Assembly: GCA_965237525.1 (NCBI GenBank)
Contig: CBDEFO010000007.1
Location: 288,001-352,000, forward strand
Length of the DNA stretch: 64,000 nucleotides
Direction of reading: 5' to 3'
Source: Candidatus Latescibacterota bacterium
Lineage (GTDB): Bacteria; Latescibacterota; CBDEFO01
In this document: positions 19,540 to 30,420 of the stretch, piece by piece
Numbering within the stretch: the stretch's first letter is position 1
Layout: every line of letters begins with the position of its first letter
Program-made: the position numbers and the translations under genes
The notes under the pieces: generated by a model
What the model was told of the DNA's origin: nothing
Databases searched by the model: none
Seen by the model: only the letters and a program-made list of their open reading frames with translations

Positions 19540-20784
19540 ATGTTAAATGGTGAAGTCTTCAAAAAGAATATTGATTTTGTCCTTTTGGGAGCAGCTCTGC
19601 TTATAGTTGTAGTAGGGATAGTGGCTATCTACAGCGCCACGCATAATGAGGATAATGATCTTAAGGGCATATATAAAAAGCAGATTCTATGGGCGGTTCT
19701 GGGGTTGGGAGCGATGGCTTTCTCTGTAGCCATTCCGAACAAATTTTTCTACGCTTTTGCCTACGTGATATTCGGAATATCGGTGATCTTGCTGATCCTT
19801 TTATTTCTTTGGGGGGCAAGTGTGGCAAATGCCACCAGATGGTTCAGCCTTGGACCTCTGAAGTTCCAGCCTTCGGAGCTTGCCAAGATAGGCTTGGTTA
19901 TAGCGCTGGCCAGATTTTTGTCTTTGAAGGATTGGAGTCTGGAAAAACCGAGTCGTCTTATAGTTCCGCTCGTTATGACTTTGATTCCCATGGCCTTGAT
20001 AGCTAAGCAGCCTGATTTAGGAACGGCTTTGGTCTTTGGCGCGATTTTCTTTTCTATGCTCTACTGGGCCGGTGCAAGGTTCATCTATCTCTTTGCGATA
20101 CTTTCTCCTCTTTTGAGCTGTACGTTCGCACTATACGGCGAAGAGATCGGATCGGCGCTGTGGTGGGGGCTTTTCTTCGTTGTCTTGATAGGGGCTATAT
20201 GGTTTTGGAGGCCGCGACCGTGGATTACAGCGTTATTGCTTATGCTGAATGTGGGTGTAGGGGCAGCGACTCCTTATATATGGGAGCGCCTGCATGATTA
20301 TCAGCGTCAAAGGATACTGGCGTTTATAAACCCTGCGATGGATCCTCTGGGCGCGCGCTATCAGGTGTCTCAGTCAAAAGTGGCGATAGGTTCTGGAGGA
20401 ATGTGGGGGAAAGGCTTTTTGAATGGGACTCAGACAAACTTTGGCTTTTTACCGCTCGGTCACACGGACTCTATCTTCTCTGTCATAGGGGAAGAGCACG
20501 GATTCTTAGGCTCTATTGTCCTGCTGGCTCTGCTGTATCTTATTGTATGGCGGGCGATAAAGATCGCTTCTTCTGTCAAGAACAAGTTCTCCGGTCTTCT
20601 GGCAATAGGGCTGGCCTCGATATTGGTCTTTCACGTGTTTGTGAACGTGGGGATGACTTTGGATTTAATGCCCGTGACGGGTCTTCCATTGCCCTTTTTG
20701 AGTTATGGGGGGTCTTCGCTCTTAACAAACATGATTTTAGTGGGATTATTGCTTAACGTAAGCGTGCGAAGGCACGAATATTAA
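19540..20784 (+). CDS. rodA: SEDS peptidoglycan polymerase RodA
   Basis: QPSELAK, QPDLGT, AIGSGG, EEHGF, LSYGGSS; follows mrdA. Confidence 0.95.
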   Translation: MLNGEVFKKNIDFVLLGAALLIVVVGIVAIYSATHNEDNDLKGIYKKQILWAVLGLGAMAFSVAIPNKFFYAFAYVIFGISVILLILLFLWGASVANATRWFSLGPLKFQPSELAKIGLVIALARFLSLKDWSLEKPSRLIVPLVMTLIPMALIAKQPDLGTALVFGAIFFSMLYWAGARFIYLFAILSPLLSCTFALYGEEIGSALWWGLFFVVLIGAIWFWRPRPWITALLLMLNVGVGAATPYIWERLHDYQRQRILAFINPAMDPLGARYQVSQSKVAIGSGGMWGKGFLNGTQTNFGFLPLGHTDSIFSVIGEEHGFLGSIVLLALLYLIVWRAIKIASSVKNKFSGLLAIGLASILVFHVFVNVGMTLDLMPVTGLPLPFLSYGGSSLLTNMILVGLLLNVSVRRHEY

Positions 20785-20919
20785 GCAAATAGACCGTAGC
20801 CCCCGATTGTCCCCGTTAGATTCAATCGGGGTTCGGGGAGGACAGGGTACTTCACCCCCCAATTACTCAAGCACTATTGTTACCGGACACTCAAAATCGG
20901 GGGAAGGAGCAAGAAACTG

Positions 20920-21723
20920 ATGCGTTCCGTTTTATTCGAGATTTCTACGCCTTTGGGGCATCTTCAGATAAGAGGATATGGGTTGATGCTGGCTTTTGCT
21001 TTTCTGTGTGGAATCTATCTGGCGGTCAGAAGAGGGAAGCAGGTTGGGATCAAACGGGCGGATATTGTGGATCTGTCGCTGTATATTATAATAGCGGCCG
21101 TAATAGGCGCAAGATTTGCCTATGTCCTCTTTCACTGGAACGAGTTTTCAGAGAGTCCTTTGGATATTGTAAATCCTTTTGGGGGTGATAGCATAGGAAT
21201 ATCGGGATTGGTCTTCTACGGGGGATTAATACTGTCTATCTTTGCGAGCGTGGTCTATACGCGAAAAAGAAATATATCCTTTTGGAAAATGGCCGATGTG
21301 ATGGCCCCTTCGATTGCTCTGGGCATATTCTTTACGAGAATCGGTTGTTTTCTGAACGGGTGTTGCTTCGGAAGGGAGTGCGATCTTGCATGGGGTGTTG
21401 TATTCCCCGATGAGAGTCTTGCGGGTTATATTTTTCCTGATGTCCAGATACACCCGACTCAGATATATTCCTCTTTATACGGTCTGGGGATATTCGGGAT
21501 TTTGATATTCATAGAGAGGTTCAAAAGTTTCGATGGCTTTACGTTTTGGTCTTTTGTAGGGCTCTATTCGATAGCCCGGTTCTCAGTGGATTTCTTGCGC
21601 TACTACGATAGTATGATCTTATTTAATATCGGTAATGTTCCCATTAATGCGAATCAGGGCTTAAGCGCGGTTTTGTTCTTCACCGCTTGCGGGATGTTCC
21701 TTGTGTTAAGAAAAGCAAAGTAA
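20920..21723 (+). CDS. lgt: Prolipoprotein diacylglyceryl transferase
   Basis: YGLM, IGAR, GLVFYGG, RIGCFLNGCCFG, HPTQIY. Confidence 0.93.
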   Translation: MRSVLFEISTPLGHLQIRGYGLMLAFAFLCGIYLAVRRGKQVGIKRADIVDLSLYIIIAAVIGARFAYVLFHWNEFSESPLDIVNPFGGDSIGISGLVFYGGLILSIFASVVYTRKRNISFWKMADVMAPSIALGIFFTRIGCFLNGCCFGRECDLAWGVVFPDESLAGYIFPDVQIHPTQIYSSLYGLGIFGILIFIERFKSFDGFTFWSFVGLYSIARFSVDFLRYYDSMILFNIGNVPINANQGLSAVLFFTACGMFLVLRKAK

Positions 21724-21789
21724 AGCGGTAGTACGGCGGAATCGTCAGAGATTTTAACTATACTACGACTCTTAAAAAGGGAGGGGATT

Positions 21790-22767
21790 ATGTCGGATAC
21801 GCCGCTTGTTAGGGTAGGTGTACTTACCAGCCAAAGATTTGTCCACATCAGTGGAATATGGGGACCTATTATTTATCCCTATGGCGAGGCAGAATTCAAG
21901 GGGGTCAAAACTCGAATGACGGGGATGGTAATGACTCATGTGTGGGATATGGACAGAGAAGGATCACAGGAGTTTGCCAGAATCTACGGAGGTATGGAGG
22001 TAGTAGATAATTACTACGATATGGTGGGTAAGGTAGATGGCATCATCCTTTCTGATTTCGACTCGTGCATCCACTTCAAGGAGTTGACGAAGCCTTATCT
22101 TGAGGCTGGTGTTCCCATTTTCATCAATCGGCCTTTTGCCATGAACCTTGAAGATGCTCGGTATATGATAGATCTTGCCAAAGAGCACAACACTCCGATT
22201 ATGACCGGATCGTCGTTTGAGTACGCCCCTGAGGTTGAGTATATCAGAAGAACAGTGAAGGAGATAGAGCCGATCAGGGGGTATACAGCCGCCAACTCTA
22301 TGTCGGATTATCCATCCCACGGGAGTCACGGCCCGCTCTTTGTCTACTCCTGTATTGGAGGTGGTATAAAGAGCGTGTCCTATCAGACTCCCGATTGGAG
22401 GACTTACAACGGGATAATCGTTATCGAGTATGAGGGTAGAGATGGAGGCAAGCCGTTCTACGGATGTATACAGGAGATATCTGGCACGTGGGGATGGATA
22501 AGAGTCTTTGGAGAGAGGACATTTGAACAGTTTATAGGGAGCGATCTATCCTTCTGGGTGCCCATAGTTCTGGAGATGCAGAGCATGTTTGAGACGAGAG
22601 AGATGCCCGAATCTTATGACGCTATCTATGAGAAGACGCAGCTCTTTCTTGCGGGCTTCAAGTCTCATGTTGAGTGTGGTGGTGCGCCTGTTGCTCTGTC
22701 AGAGATAGGGGATTGGACGGCCCCTCTTGTGAATCCAGATCCGTATCCGGATGGGTACTTCACATAG
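21790..22767 (+). CDS. Gfo/Idh/MocA-like oxidoreductase, copy 1 of 3
   Basis: THVWD, MVGKVDG, YLEAGVPIFINRPFA (EKP-box variant), PIMTGSS. Confidence 0.7.
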   Translation: MSDTPLVRVGVLTSQRFVHISGIWGPIIYPYGEAEFKGVKTRMTGMVMTHVWDMDREGSQEFARIYGGMEVVDNYYDMVGKVDGIILSDFDSCIHFKELTKPYLEAGVPIFINRPFAMNLEDARYMIDLAKEHNTPIMTGSSFEYAPEVEYIRRTVKEIEPIRGYTAANSMSDYPSHGSHGPLFVYSCIGGGIKSVSYQTPDWRTYNGIIVIEYEGRDGGKPFYGCIQEISGTWGWIRVFGERTFEQFIGSDLSFWVPIVLEMQSMFETREMPESYDAIYEKTQLFLAGFKSHVECGGAPVALSEIGDWTAPLVNPDPYPDGYFT

Positions 22768-22939
22768 GTGGCCGCAGGAGGAATTGACCTGGACGGTACT
22801 CCCAACAAGTTCTGGAACAAGCTCCGAAGTGGGTCGAAGAACTTTTGGGGGGAGGGGAAATTGGGGGTCTGGTAGAAGAAATTACGTGTAGAGGTTTCCT
22901 CAAAGCCACCCGGTTTATAATCGAAAAGGAGAGGGAATT

Positions 22940-23917
22940 ATGTCTGATACGCCTCTTGTGAGGGTAGGTATACTTACCAGTCAAAGGTTTGTCCACATCA
23001 GTGGAATATGGGGACCTATAATTCAGCCGTATTGCGAGCTGGAGGGTGAAGGGTCCAAGACTCGAATGACGGGCATGGTAATGACTCATGTGTGGGATAT
23101 GGACAGAGAAGGTGCACAGGAGTTTGCCGGAATCTACGGAGGTATAGAGGTAGTAGATGAGTACTACGATATGGTGGGTAAGGTAGATGGCGTTATCCTC
23201 TCTGATTTCGATTCGTGCATCCGCTATAAGGAGTTGACGAAGCCCTATCTTGAGGCTGGTGTTCCCATTTTCATCAATCGGCCTTTTGCCATGAACCTGG
23301 AAGATGCTCGGTATATGATAGATCTTGCCAAGAAGCACAACACTCCGATTATGACCGGATCGTCGTTTGAGTATGCCCCTGAGGTCGAGTATATCAGAAG
23401 AACAGTGAAGGAGATAGAGCCGATCAGGGGGTATACAGCCGCCAACTCTATGTCGGATTATCCATCTCACGGGAGTCACGGCCCGCTCTTTGTCTACTCC
23501 TGTATTGGAGGAGATATCAAGAGTGTATCCTATCAGACTCCCGATTGGAGGACACCCAACGGGATAATCGTTATCGAGTATGAGGGTAGAGATGGAGGCA
23601 AGCCGTTCTACGGATGTATACAGGAGATATCTGGCACATGGGGATGGATAAGGGTCTTTGGAGAGAGGACATTTGAACAGTTTATAGGGAGCGATCTATC
23701 CTTCTGGGTGCCCATAGTTCTGGAGATGCAGAGCATGTTTGAGACGAGAGAGATGCCCGAATCTTATGACGCTATCTATGAGAAGACGCAGCTCTTTCTT
23801 GCGGGCTTCAAGTCTCATGTTGAGTGTGGTGGTGCGCCTGTTGCTCTGTCAGAGATAGGGGATTGGACAGCTCCTCTTTTGAATCCTGACCCATATCCAG
23901 ATGGATACTTCGGATAG
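22940..23917 (+). CDS. Gfo/Idh/MocA-like oxidoreductase, copy 2 of 3
   Basis: Near-identical to copy 1; starts exactly 1150 bp later. Confidence 0.7.
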   Translation: MSDTPLVRVGILTSQRFVHISGIWGPIIQPYCELEGEGSKTRMTGMVMTHVWDMDREGAQEFAGIYGGIEVVDEYYDMVGKVDGVILSDFDSCIRYKELTKPYLEAGVPIFINRPFAMNLEDARYMIDLAKKHNTPIMTGSSFEYAPEVEYIRRTVKEIEPIRGYTAANSMSDYPSHGSHGPLFVYSCIGGDIKSVSYQTPDWRTPNGIIVIEYEGRDGGKPFYGCIQEISGTWGWIRVFGERTFEQFIGSDLSFWVPIVLEMQSMFETREMPESYDAIYEKTQLFLAGFKSHVECGGAPVALSEIGDWTAPLLNPDPYPDGYFG

Positions 23918-24089
23918 GTGGACGCAGAATGAAATGAGATGGATGGGACTCCCAAGAAGTTCAAGAATAAGCCACGAAGTGGGTCGAAGAACTTTTGGGG
24001 GGAGGGGGAATTGGGGATCTGGTAGAAGATACTACGCGTAGAGGTTTCCTCAAAGCCACCCGGTTTATAATCGAAAAGGAGAGGGAATT

Positions 24090-25067
24090 ATGTCTGATAT
24101 GCCTCTTGTCAGAGTCGGTGTACTTACCAGTCAAAGGTTTGTCCACATCAATGGAATATGGGGACCTATAATTAATCCCTACGGCGAGGCAGAATTCAAG
24201 GGGGCCAAAACTCGAATGACGGGGATGGCAATGACTCATGTGTGGGATATGGACAGAGAAGGTGCACAGGAGTTTGCCAGAATCTATGGAGGCATAGAAG
24301 TAGTAGATAATTACTACGATATGGTGGGGAAGGTAGATGGCGTCATCCTTTCTGATTTCGATTCGTGCATCCGCTTCAAGGAGTTGACGAAGCCTTATCT
24401 TGAGGCTGGTGTTCCCATTTTCATCAATCGGCCTTTTGCCATGAACCTGGAAGATGCTCGGTATATGATAGATCTTGCCAAGAAGCACAACACTCCGATT
24501 ATGACCGGATCGTCATTTGAGTATGCCCCTGAGGTCGAGTATATCAGAAGAACAGTGAAGGAGATAGAGCCGATCAGGGGGTATACAGCCGCCAACTCTA
24601 TGTCGGATTATCCATCCCACGGGAGTCACGGCCCGCTCTTTGTCTACTCCTGTATTGGAGGTGGTATAAAGAGCGTGTCCTATCAGACTCCCGATTGGCG
24701 GACTCCCAACGGGATAATCGTTATCGAGTATGAGGGTAGAGATGGAGGCAAGCCGTTCTACGGATGTATACAGGAGATATCTGGCACGTGGGGATGGATA
24801 AGAGTCTTTGGAGAGAGGACATTCGAACAGTTTTTAGGGAACGATCTACCCTTCTGGGTGCCCATAGTTCTGGAGATGCAGAGCATGTTTGAGACGAGAG
24901 AGATGCCCGAATCTTATGACGCTATCTATGAGAAGACGCAGCTCTTTCTTGCAGGCTTCAAGTCTCATGTTGAGTGTGGTGGTGCGCCTGTTGCTCTGTC
25001 AGAGATAGGGGATTGGACAGCTCCTCTTTTGAATCCCGACCCATATCCAGATGGATACTTCGGATAG
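24090..25067 (+). CDS. Gfo/Idh/MocA-like oxidoreductase, copy 3 of 3
   Basis: Near-identical to copies 1 and 2; starts exactly 1150 bp after copy 2. Confidence 0.7.
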   Translation: MSDMPLVRVGVLTSQRFVHINGIWGPIINPYGEAEFKGAKTRMTGMAMTHVWDMDREGAQEFARIYGGIEVVDNYYDMVGKVDGVILSDFDSCIRFKELTKPYLEAGVPIFINRPFAMNLEDARYMIDLAKKHNTPIMTGSSFEYAPEVEYIRRTVKEIEPIRGYTAANSMSDYPSHGSHGPLFVYSCIGGGIKSVSYQTPDWRTPNGIIVIEYEGRDGGKPFYGCIQEISGTWGWIRVFGERTFEQFLGNDLPFWVPIVLEMQSMFETREMPESYDAIYEKTQLFLAGFKSHVECGGAPVALSEIGDWTAPLLNPDPYPDGYFG

Positions 25068-25751
25068 TTGCTGGAGGATGGGATGTGCGATCTTTCCCTT
25101 AAGACGAAGATGATAGCTGATGCTTTGGAAAGGATGTTCGGCCGACCCCAATGGGAGGGCGAAGGCAATGCGCTGGAGAGCTTGATAAGGACTGTTCTTT
25201 CTCAGAACACCAACGACATAAATAGAGATAGAGCATATTGTGCCTTGAGAGACAGGTTTCCAACGTGGGAGGATGTACTGGAGGCCGATGCCCAAGAGAT
25301 AGCTGATGTTATCAAAGTGGGAGGCCTGGCGAATCAGAAGAGCGTCAGGATAGTGGAAATACTGACCTGGATCAAGGAGACTTACGGAAAGCTGAACATA
25401 GATTTCGTATGTGGTATGGAGACAGACAAGGCTATTGATCTCTTCTGCTCGCGGAAAGGGATTGGTCCCAAGACTGTAGGTGTAATGCTAATGTCTGGGT
25501 GCGGCACGGATATTTTCCCTATAGATACACATATTCACAGGATCACAAGGAGATTGGGGCTTGTGCCTCAACACTGTACAGCAGAAAGGGCGTATGATCT
25601 TATGTCGGAGCTTGTTCCCGATGGGAGGTCGTATTCGCTGCACACAAATATGATACGTTTCGGGCGAAATGTATGCCACGCCCGGAATCCCGAATGTGAG
25701 GGATGCCCGCTCTACGATGACTGCGTCTGGGTTAAGGAGAACAGGTCTTAG
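25068..25751 (+). CDS. nth: Endonuclease III-family HhH-GPD DNA glycosylase
   Basis: LSQNT, GIGPKT, FPIDTH, CHARNPECEGCPLYDDC Fe-S loop. Confidence 0.85.
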   Translation: MLEDGMCDLSLKTKMIADALERMFGRPQWEGEGNALESLIRTVLSQNTNDINRDRAYCALRDRFPTWEDVLEADAQEIADVIKVGGLANQKSVRIVEILTWIKETYGKLNIDFVCGMETDKAIDLFCSRKGIGPKTVGVMLMSGCGTDIFPIDTHIHRITRRLGLVPQHCTAERAYDLMSELVPDGRSYSLHTNMIRFGRNVCHARNPECEGCPLYDDCVWVKENRS

Positions 25752-25814
25752 CTACAGATCTTAAGAGGCCGAAGCCCCGGGCTCTGCGCGCCTGCCCAGA
25801 GTCTACCAAGTGCC

Positions 25815-26531
25815 GTGCCAGCAGAAGAAAGCTCTGGTTCCATGGAATACGACGCTGTCATTTTCGATCTCTTCGGGACATTGGTTGACACCTTTCCCTT
25901 TCGGGAACACGAGCTTATGCTGTCTGAAATGGCTGCTGCCCTTTCCGCGTCTCCCCACGATTTCTCCCGCTTGTGGGTCGAAACTTTCAACGAGCGGGGG
26001 ACAGGGGCTTTTCCGACCCTGGAGGCCAATATTGAGTATATCTGTCGGGTTCTGGCTCTGCCTTCGGAATCTGCTCGGGTCACAGCAGTCGCCCGCATAC
26101 GGGTCGATTTTACACGGCGCATCCTCACACCGCGGCCTGACGCGGTGGAGACGCTGGCTCAACTGAGGGTATCAGGCTACAAAATAGGGCTCATCAGCGA
26201 CTGTTCGCCAGAAGTTCCGCTCCTCTGGAAAGACACACCCTTTTCTCGGCTGGTGGATGCTCCTATCTTCTCGTGTGCGGTGGGCCTCAGGAAGCCTGAT
26301 CCTCGCATGTATCAACTCGCGTGTGAGCGGCTGGCAGTTATGTCGCAGAACTGTCTCTACGTAGGCGATGGAAGCAGCCGTGAGCTAACCGGAGCTTCTC
26401 AATTCGGCATGCACTCGGTTCTTATTCGTGTTCCCTACCAAGACACCTATGATGTTCACCGTCCGGATGCGGAGGAATGGCAGGGGCCTACGGTCTCGGC
26501 GTTGAAAGATGTCATGACACTGTTAGAATAA
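25815..26531 (+). CDS. HAD-superfamily hydrolase
   Basis: FDLFGTLV, ISD, KPDPRMY, YVGDG. Confidence 0.88.
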   Translation: MPAEESSGSMEYDAVIFDLFGTLVDTFPFREHELMLSEMAAALSASPHDFSRLWVETFNERGTGAFPTLEANIEYICRVLALPSESARVTAVARIRVDFTRRILTPRPDAVETLAQLRVSGYKIGLISDCSPEVPLLWKDTPFSRLVDAPIFSCAVGLRKPDPRMYQLACERLAVMSQNCLYVGDGSSRELTGASQFGMHSVLIRVPYQDTYDVHRPDAEEWQGPTVSALKDVMTLLE

Positions 26532-26606
26532 TTGCAATCTTGTCGACATTGGTTGCCGCGGATACGAGGTTTTCAGCCAGATACTTATATGGACAGAGAT
26601 AGCTAA

Positions 26607-27551
26607 ATGAGATATATGGTTACGGGGGCTGCGGGATTTATAGGGTCGCATATAGCTCAAAGGTTGTTAGAGGAAGGGCACGAAGTGATGGGGATAGATT
26701 GTTTTGCGGATTATTACGCAAAGGAGGTCAAGGAGGACAGGGTCAAGACACTTGTGGATTATGATAGGATGGAGTTTATGAGGGGAGATCTGCTGGAGTT
26801 GGATTTGAGGCCTTTACTGGACGGTGTGGATGTCGTGTTTCACGAAGCTGCACAGCCGGGAGTGAGGTCTGGATGGGGCAAGGATTTTAACCTCTATGTG
26901 GATAATAACATAAATGCCACGCAGAGGTTGTTAGACGCGTTGAAGGTATGTGATGTAAAGAGGGTTGTGTACGCTTCTTCCTCCTCTGTCTATGGCGATG
27001 CTCTTCAACTTCCGACGAGCGAAGAGGCTCCTTTGATGCCTCTTTCTCCTTACGGTGTGACCAAGGTAGCAGGCGAAAAATTGTGTAATCTTTACTGGAA
27101 GAATTTCGGCGTACCTGTGGTGATTTTGAGGTATTTCACAGTGTTTGGGCCAAAGCCGCGGCCTGATATGGCTTTCTGCATCTTTGTCAGAGCGATTTTA
27201 GAGGGAAAGACTTTGAGGGTAAACGGAGATGGGGAGCAGTCGAGAGGGTTTACATATGTGTCAGATGTGGTGGACGCCAATATACGCGCCTCCGAGGCTG
27301 ATTGTACAGGGGAGGTCTTCAATATCGGGGGTGGTGACAGTATCATTTTAAAGAAGATGATAGAGGTTTTAATGGAGGTAATAGGAAAGAGGACAGACGT
27401 GGAGTATGAGGAGAGCCAAAGGGGTGAGGCGAGGCACACACTTGCGGACATCAGCAAGGCCAGAAGGATGCTTGGGTTTGTACCGAAAGTGGATTTTAAG
27501 GGGGGAGCGATGTTGTCTATTCCGTCGGTGAAGGAATTCTACAAGTTGTAA
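26607..27551 (+). CDS. NAD-dependent epimerase/dehydratase
   Basis: TGAAGFIG, ASSSSVYG, YGVTK, RYFTVFGP, RPDMA. Confidence 0.93.
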   Translation: MRYMVTGAAGFIGSHIAQRLLEEGHEVMGIDCFADYYAKEVKEDRVKTLVDYDRMEFMRGDLLELDLRPLLDGVDVVFHEAAQPGVRSGWGKDFNLYVDNNINATQRLLDALKVCDVKRVVYASSSSVYGDALQLPTSEEAPLMPLSPYGVTKVAGEKLCNLYWKNFGVPVVILRYFTVFGPKPRPDMAFCIFVRAILEGKTLRVNGDGEQSRGFTYVSDVVDANIRASEADCTGEVFNIGGGDSIILKKMIEVLMEVIGKRTDVEYEESQRGEARHTLADISKARRMLGFVPKVDFKGGAMLSIPSVKEFYKL

Positions 27552-27626
27552 ATATAACTGTCATTTATTGTTCATCAACCTCCGACAGATTAAATCGGGG
27601 GCTAAAAGCACAAAAGGGGAGGGAGA

Positions 27627-28826
27627 ATGTCTAACAGAATATGTGGTTTAGGTCATTGGTCGGTTCTGCTGATTTCATCCTTTATACTACTGGTATCTGT
27701 GGATGGAGCCCACGGTTCAACATCCCGTCTGAGGTCTTTGGGAAATGAGACGAGGATATTAAAGGACGATACGAATATCTTCGTATATCCATCATTAGTT
27801 ATGGAATATCCGCAGGTGATCGCTGAGCCTTTCGACCTGGGGGATTCGCTGAGTTGGGCCGGGGCGACGTATAAGATAGGCAAGACGAGCACTGTGGGGA
27901 TAATGTTCAGGCGTCCACTTCGAAATGCGGAGGAACTGAGCGATTTTCTGGCGAACGCTACTACTTCTGAGGCTTTCTCCAGCGTTCCGGCAGACTCCAG
28001 GGAGCGTCTTTCGAGGATGGATCTGAGCTCGTGGTTCGATTTTATGTACGGGATGAGCCTCTCAGAAGGCCTGGATATAGGGGGGCAGGTGAGCCTGTCG
28101 TACGATGCTGAAGGGAATGGGACGGAAACGACGGCTTCTGCTTTTGAGGTGACATTAGGTCTGTCCGCAGACATGGGGGAGAATTCGTCTTTGGACGTGG
28201 CTGTGGGGTTTAATCGTCAGAGTTTCGAGGATGATGAAGTGGACAGCATCATAGCCGAAAGCGAAGGTGGGACAGGAGCAAATATAGAGGTAAGACTCTT
28301 TTTACCTGCGGGAGAAAGAGCCGAATTAGTCCCCCTTTTGAGCTTTTCTGTGGGGGGGATAGATGTGGCTCCTAACAAGACGGATTTTGTAGATGTGGAA
28401 GTAGGGATAGGAGCAAGGTCCGAAGTGGCAGAGGGGACGATTGCTATATTCGGAGTTATTTTGGGCTTCAATTCTGAGGAGAGGGAGGTTCCAGGACAGC
28501 CGAAGGTGAATAACACCACTGTGCTGCTCCCCAAGTTGGTGGCCGCAGGTGAGACGATGCTCTCGGACTCTTTTGCTATGAGGGTTGGCATCGAGCGGGA
28601 GGCGACTTTCGGAAAGACTGAAAAGGTAGTGGACGGTAAGGTGATTGAGACTACGACGTTTGACACAGATTTTGATCTTCAGTTCGGATTCGGGTTCAAG
28701 TTCGGGAGAATCGATCTGGATGGCGTCGTTGAAAAGGATCTGTTTCGAGATGGACCAGATTTCATAGGTGGAAGTCGAAATAAGGGAGGGTTCTTCAGTA
28801 ACGCTACTATAACTTATGATTTTTAA
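27627..28826 (+). CDS. Putative outer-membrane beta-barrel protein
   Basis: Signal peptide, alternating amphipathic strands, C-terminal ...ATITYDF. Confidence 0.65.
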   Translation: MSNRICGLGHWSVLLISSFILLVSVDGAHGSTSRLRSLGNETRILKDDTNIFVYPSLVMEYPQVIAEPFDLGDSLSWAGATYKIGKTSTVGIMFRRPLRNAEELSDFLANATTSEAFSSVPADSRERLSRMDLSSWFDFMYGMSLSEGLDIGGQVSLSYDAEGNGTETTASAFEVTLGLSADMGENSSLDVAVGFNRQSFEDDEVDSIIAESEGGTGANIEVRLFLPAGERAELVPLLSFSVGGIDVAPNKTDFVDVEVGIGARSEVAEGTIAIFGVILGFNSEEREVPGQPKVNNTTVLLPKLVAAGETMLSDSFAMRVGIEREATFGKTEKVVDGKVIETTTFDTDFDLQFGFGFKFGRIDLDGVVEKDLFRDGPDFIGGSRNKGGFFSNATITYDF

Positions 28827-28834
28827 CGGTTCTA

Positions 28835-29953
28835 ATGCTTGTAAATAGACAGAAGATCGTATCACTTGCGGTGTGCAGTTGGATATTTTTGGGGCTATTT
28901 GATCTATCACACGCAAGAGGGCTGAATACTAAAGGACAGGTATCGGTCTACAGGATATCCCGTTTTAACAGAGTGGAGGGACCATTTGCAGGTACTACTC
29001 TCTTAATAGGTGATCCGGAAAAGACTATGTTCTCCACAACCTGGGGCCGTGCCTTATCTCTTACAAAGTGGACTTACGATGCGGGCGGCAAGAAATCATT
29101 TTTTGAAGGCAGCAGCTTCTGTCTGGAAGGGAATGTCTACAATGTTGTGGATACGGCGGACAGGGACATAGTCGGGGATCAGGAGTCTACTTCGTTGGCT
29201 TTTTTCTTCGGAGTGGCCTCGAGGGATTACTACGTTCGCAAGGGCTACAGCACAGGTGCAACTCTCAAGGTAGGTAAAAGGAATGTGTTCCACGTAGGAT
29301 ACAGTGATGATGAGTACAGGGGTATAGCCAAAGAGACGGATTTCAGCGTGTACAGGAAGGGGAGGACTAAAAAGGCAAATTGGGAGTCTGATGGCGCGGA
29401 AGGGATCAGGGAGTTTGTGGGTGGGGATATGAGGAGTATATCTTTTTCGTACAATTTGAATATCAGCGTGGATTGGAGCTTTAAGGCTTCTTTTAAGGCA
29501 TCTGGACATGGCCTGGGCGGTGATTTCGATTTTAACAGGTATGTTTTGGAAATAAGAAGATACAGTAGGTTGAGGGATAGTCAGTGGCTCGACTTCAGAT
29601 TTGTTGGAGGAAGTGCAGACTCAGAGCTTCCACTTTTTGAGAGCTTTCAGTTAGGTGGAATAGGGACTATGGCTGGATATGGGTACAAGGAGTTTGAAGG
29701 GGATAGAATCCTCCTTCTAAACGTGGAATATCGAGCCGGGAATAAGCTGTTGAGAGTAGCTCCGTTTGGGGATGCAGGCTATGTGTGGGATAAGTCTGAG
29801 GATATAGATCTGACAGATGTAAGATGGGATTTGGGCCTGGGAGCAGAGATAGGCACTTTTGATGGTGGTTTAATAAGGGTAAGTTGGGCTCATCCTGTGG
29901 GTAGGGACGAAGGTGAGGGAAGATGGCAGTTGAGATTGGACAGGACGTTTTGA
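28835..29953 (+). CDS. Omp85/BamA-like barrel-only outer-membrane protein
   Basis: FNRVEG, LGGIGTMAGYGYKEFEGD (YRGY-like loop), FGDAGYVW, C-terminal Phe. Confidence 0.7.
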   Translation: MLVNRQKIVSLAVCSWIFLGLFDLSHARGLNTKGQVSVYRISRFNRVEGPFAGTTLLIGDPEKTMFSTTWGRALSLTKWTYDAGGKKSFFEGSSFCLEGNVYNVVDTADRDIVGDQESTSLAFFFGVASRDYYVRKGYSTGATLKVGKRNVFHVGYSDDEYRGIAKETDFSVYRKGRTKKANWESDGAEGIREFVGGDMRSISFSYNLNISVDWSFKASFKASGHGLGGDFDFNRYVLEIRRYSRLRDSQWLDFRFVGGSADSELPLFESFQLGGIGTMAGYGYKEFEGDRILLLNVEYRAGNKLLRVAPFGDAGYVWDKSEDIDLTDVRWDLGLGAEIGTFDGGLIRVSWAHPVGRDEGEGRWQLRLDRTF

Positions 29954-30420
29954 AGATAATAAGAGAGGTCAAAAGGCATATAAATAAGGACGATGAAGTC
30001 TATGAATGTCAGCTTCTACACAGAGATGAGGGATATCTAGTTCTGCTCTTTGTAAACGACACAGCAGGGAATATAGGCGAGGTGTTCTTCGATGCAGGAT
30101 CAAGGACTGTAGCACACTATTGGGCGGATAGGGGGTATGTATTGTGGAGGATGTACGGCCCTTCCGGAGATTTGAAGGGGCACAGCTTCCACATATGCGT
30201 GGATGTAAAGATAAATGAGGATTACGTAAGTTATCTGGATCTACTCTTGGATCTATGGTTTTACCCCAACGGCAGCTATTTGATCCTAGATGAGGATGAA
30301 GTGGATGACTGCAAAAGGAGAGGTTTGATAGACGACAGGGCATTAGGATGGATCGAAAAACAAAAGGCTTTGATAACTGATAAGTTTGACAAGATAGTCA
30401 ATGATATATGGATGAATTGA
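29923..30420 (+). CDS. DUF402-domain protein
   Basis: YLDLLLDLWFYPNG...ILDEDE. Confidence 0.75.
   Translation: MAVEIGQDVLKIIREVKRHINKDDEVYECQLLHRDEGYLVLLFVNDTAGNIGEVFFDAGSRTVAHYWADRGYVLWRMYGPSGDLKGHSFHICVDVKINEDYVSYLDLLLDLWFYPNGSYLILDEDEVDDCKRRGLIDDRALGWIEKQKALITDKFDKIVNDIWMN

Noticed and set aside
21790..25067. DGR-style diversification of the three oxidoreductase copies
   Set aside because: Whole genes are repeated and substitutions affect all four bases.
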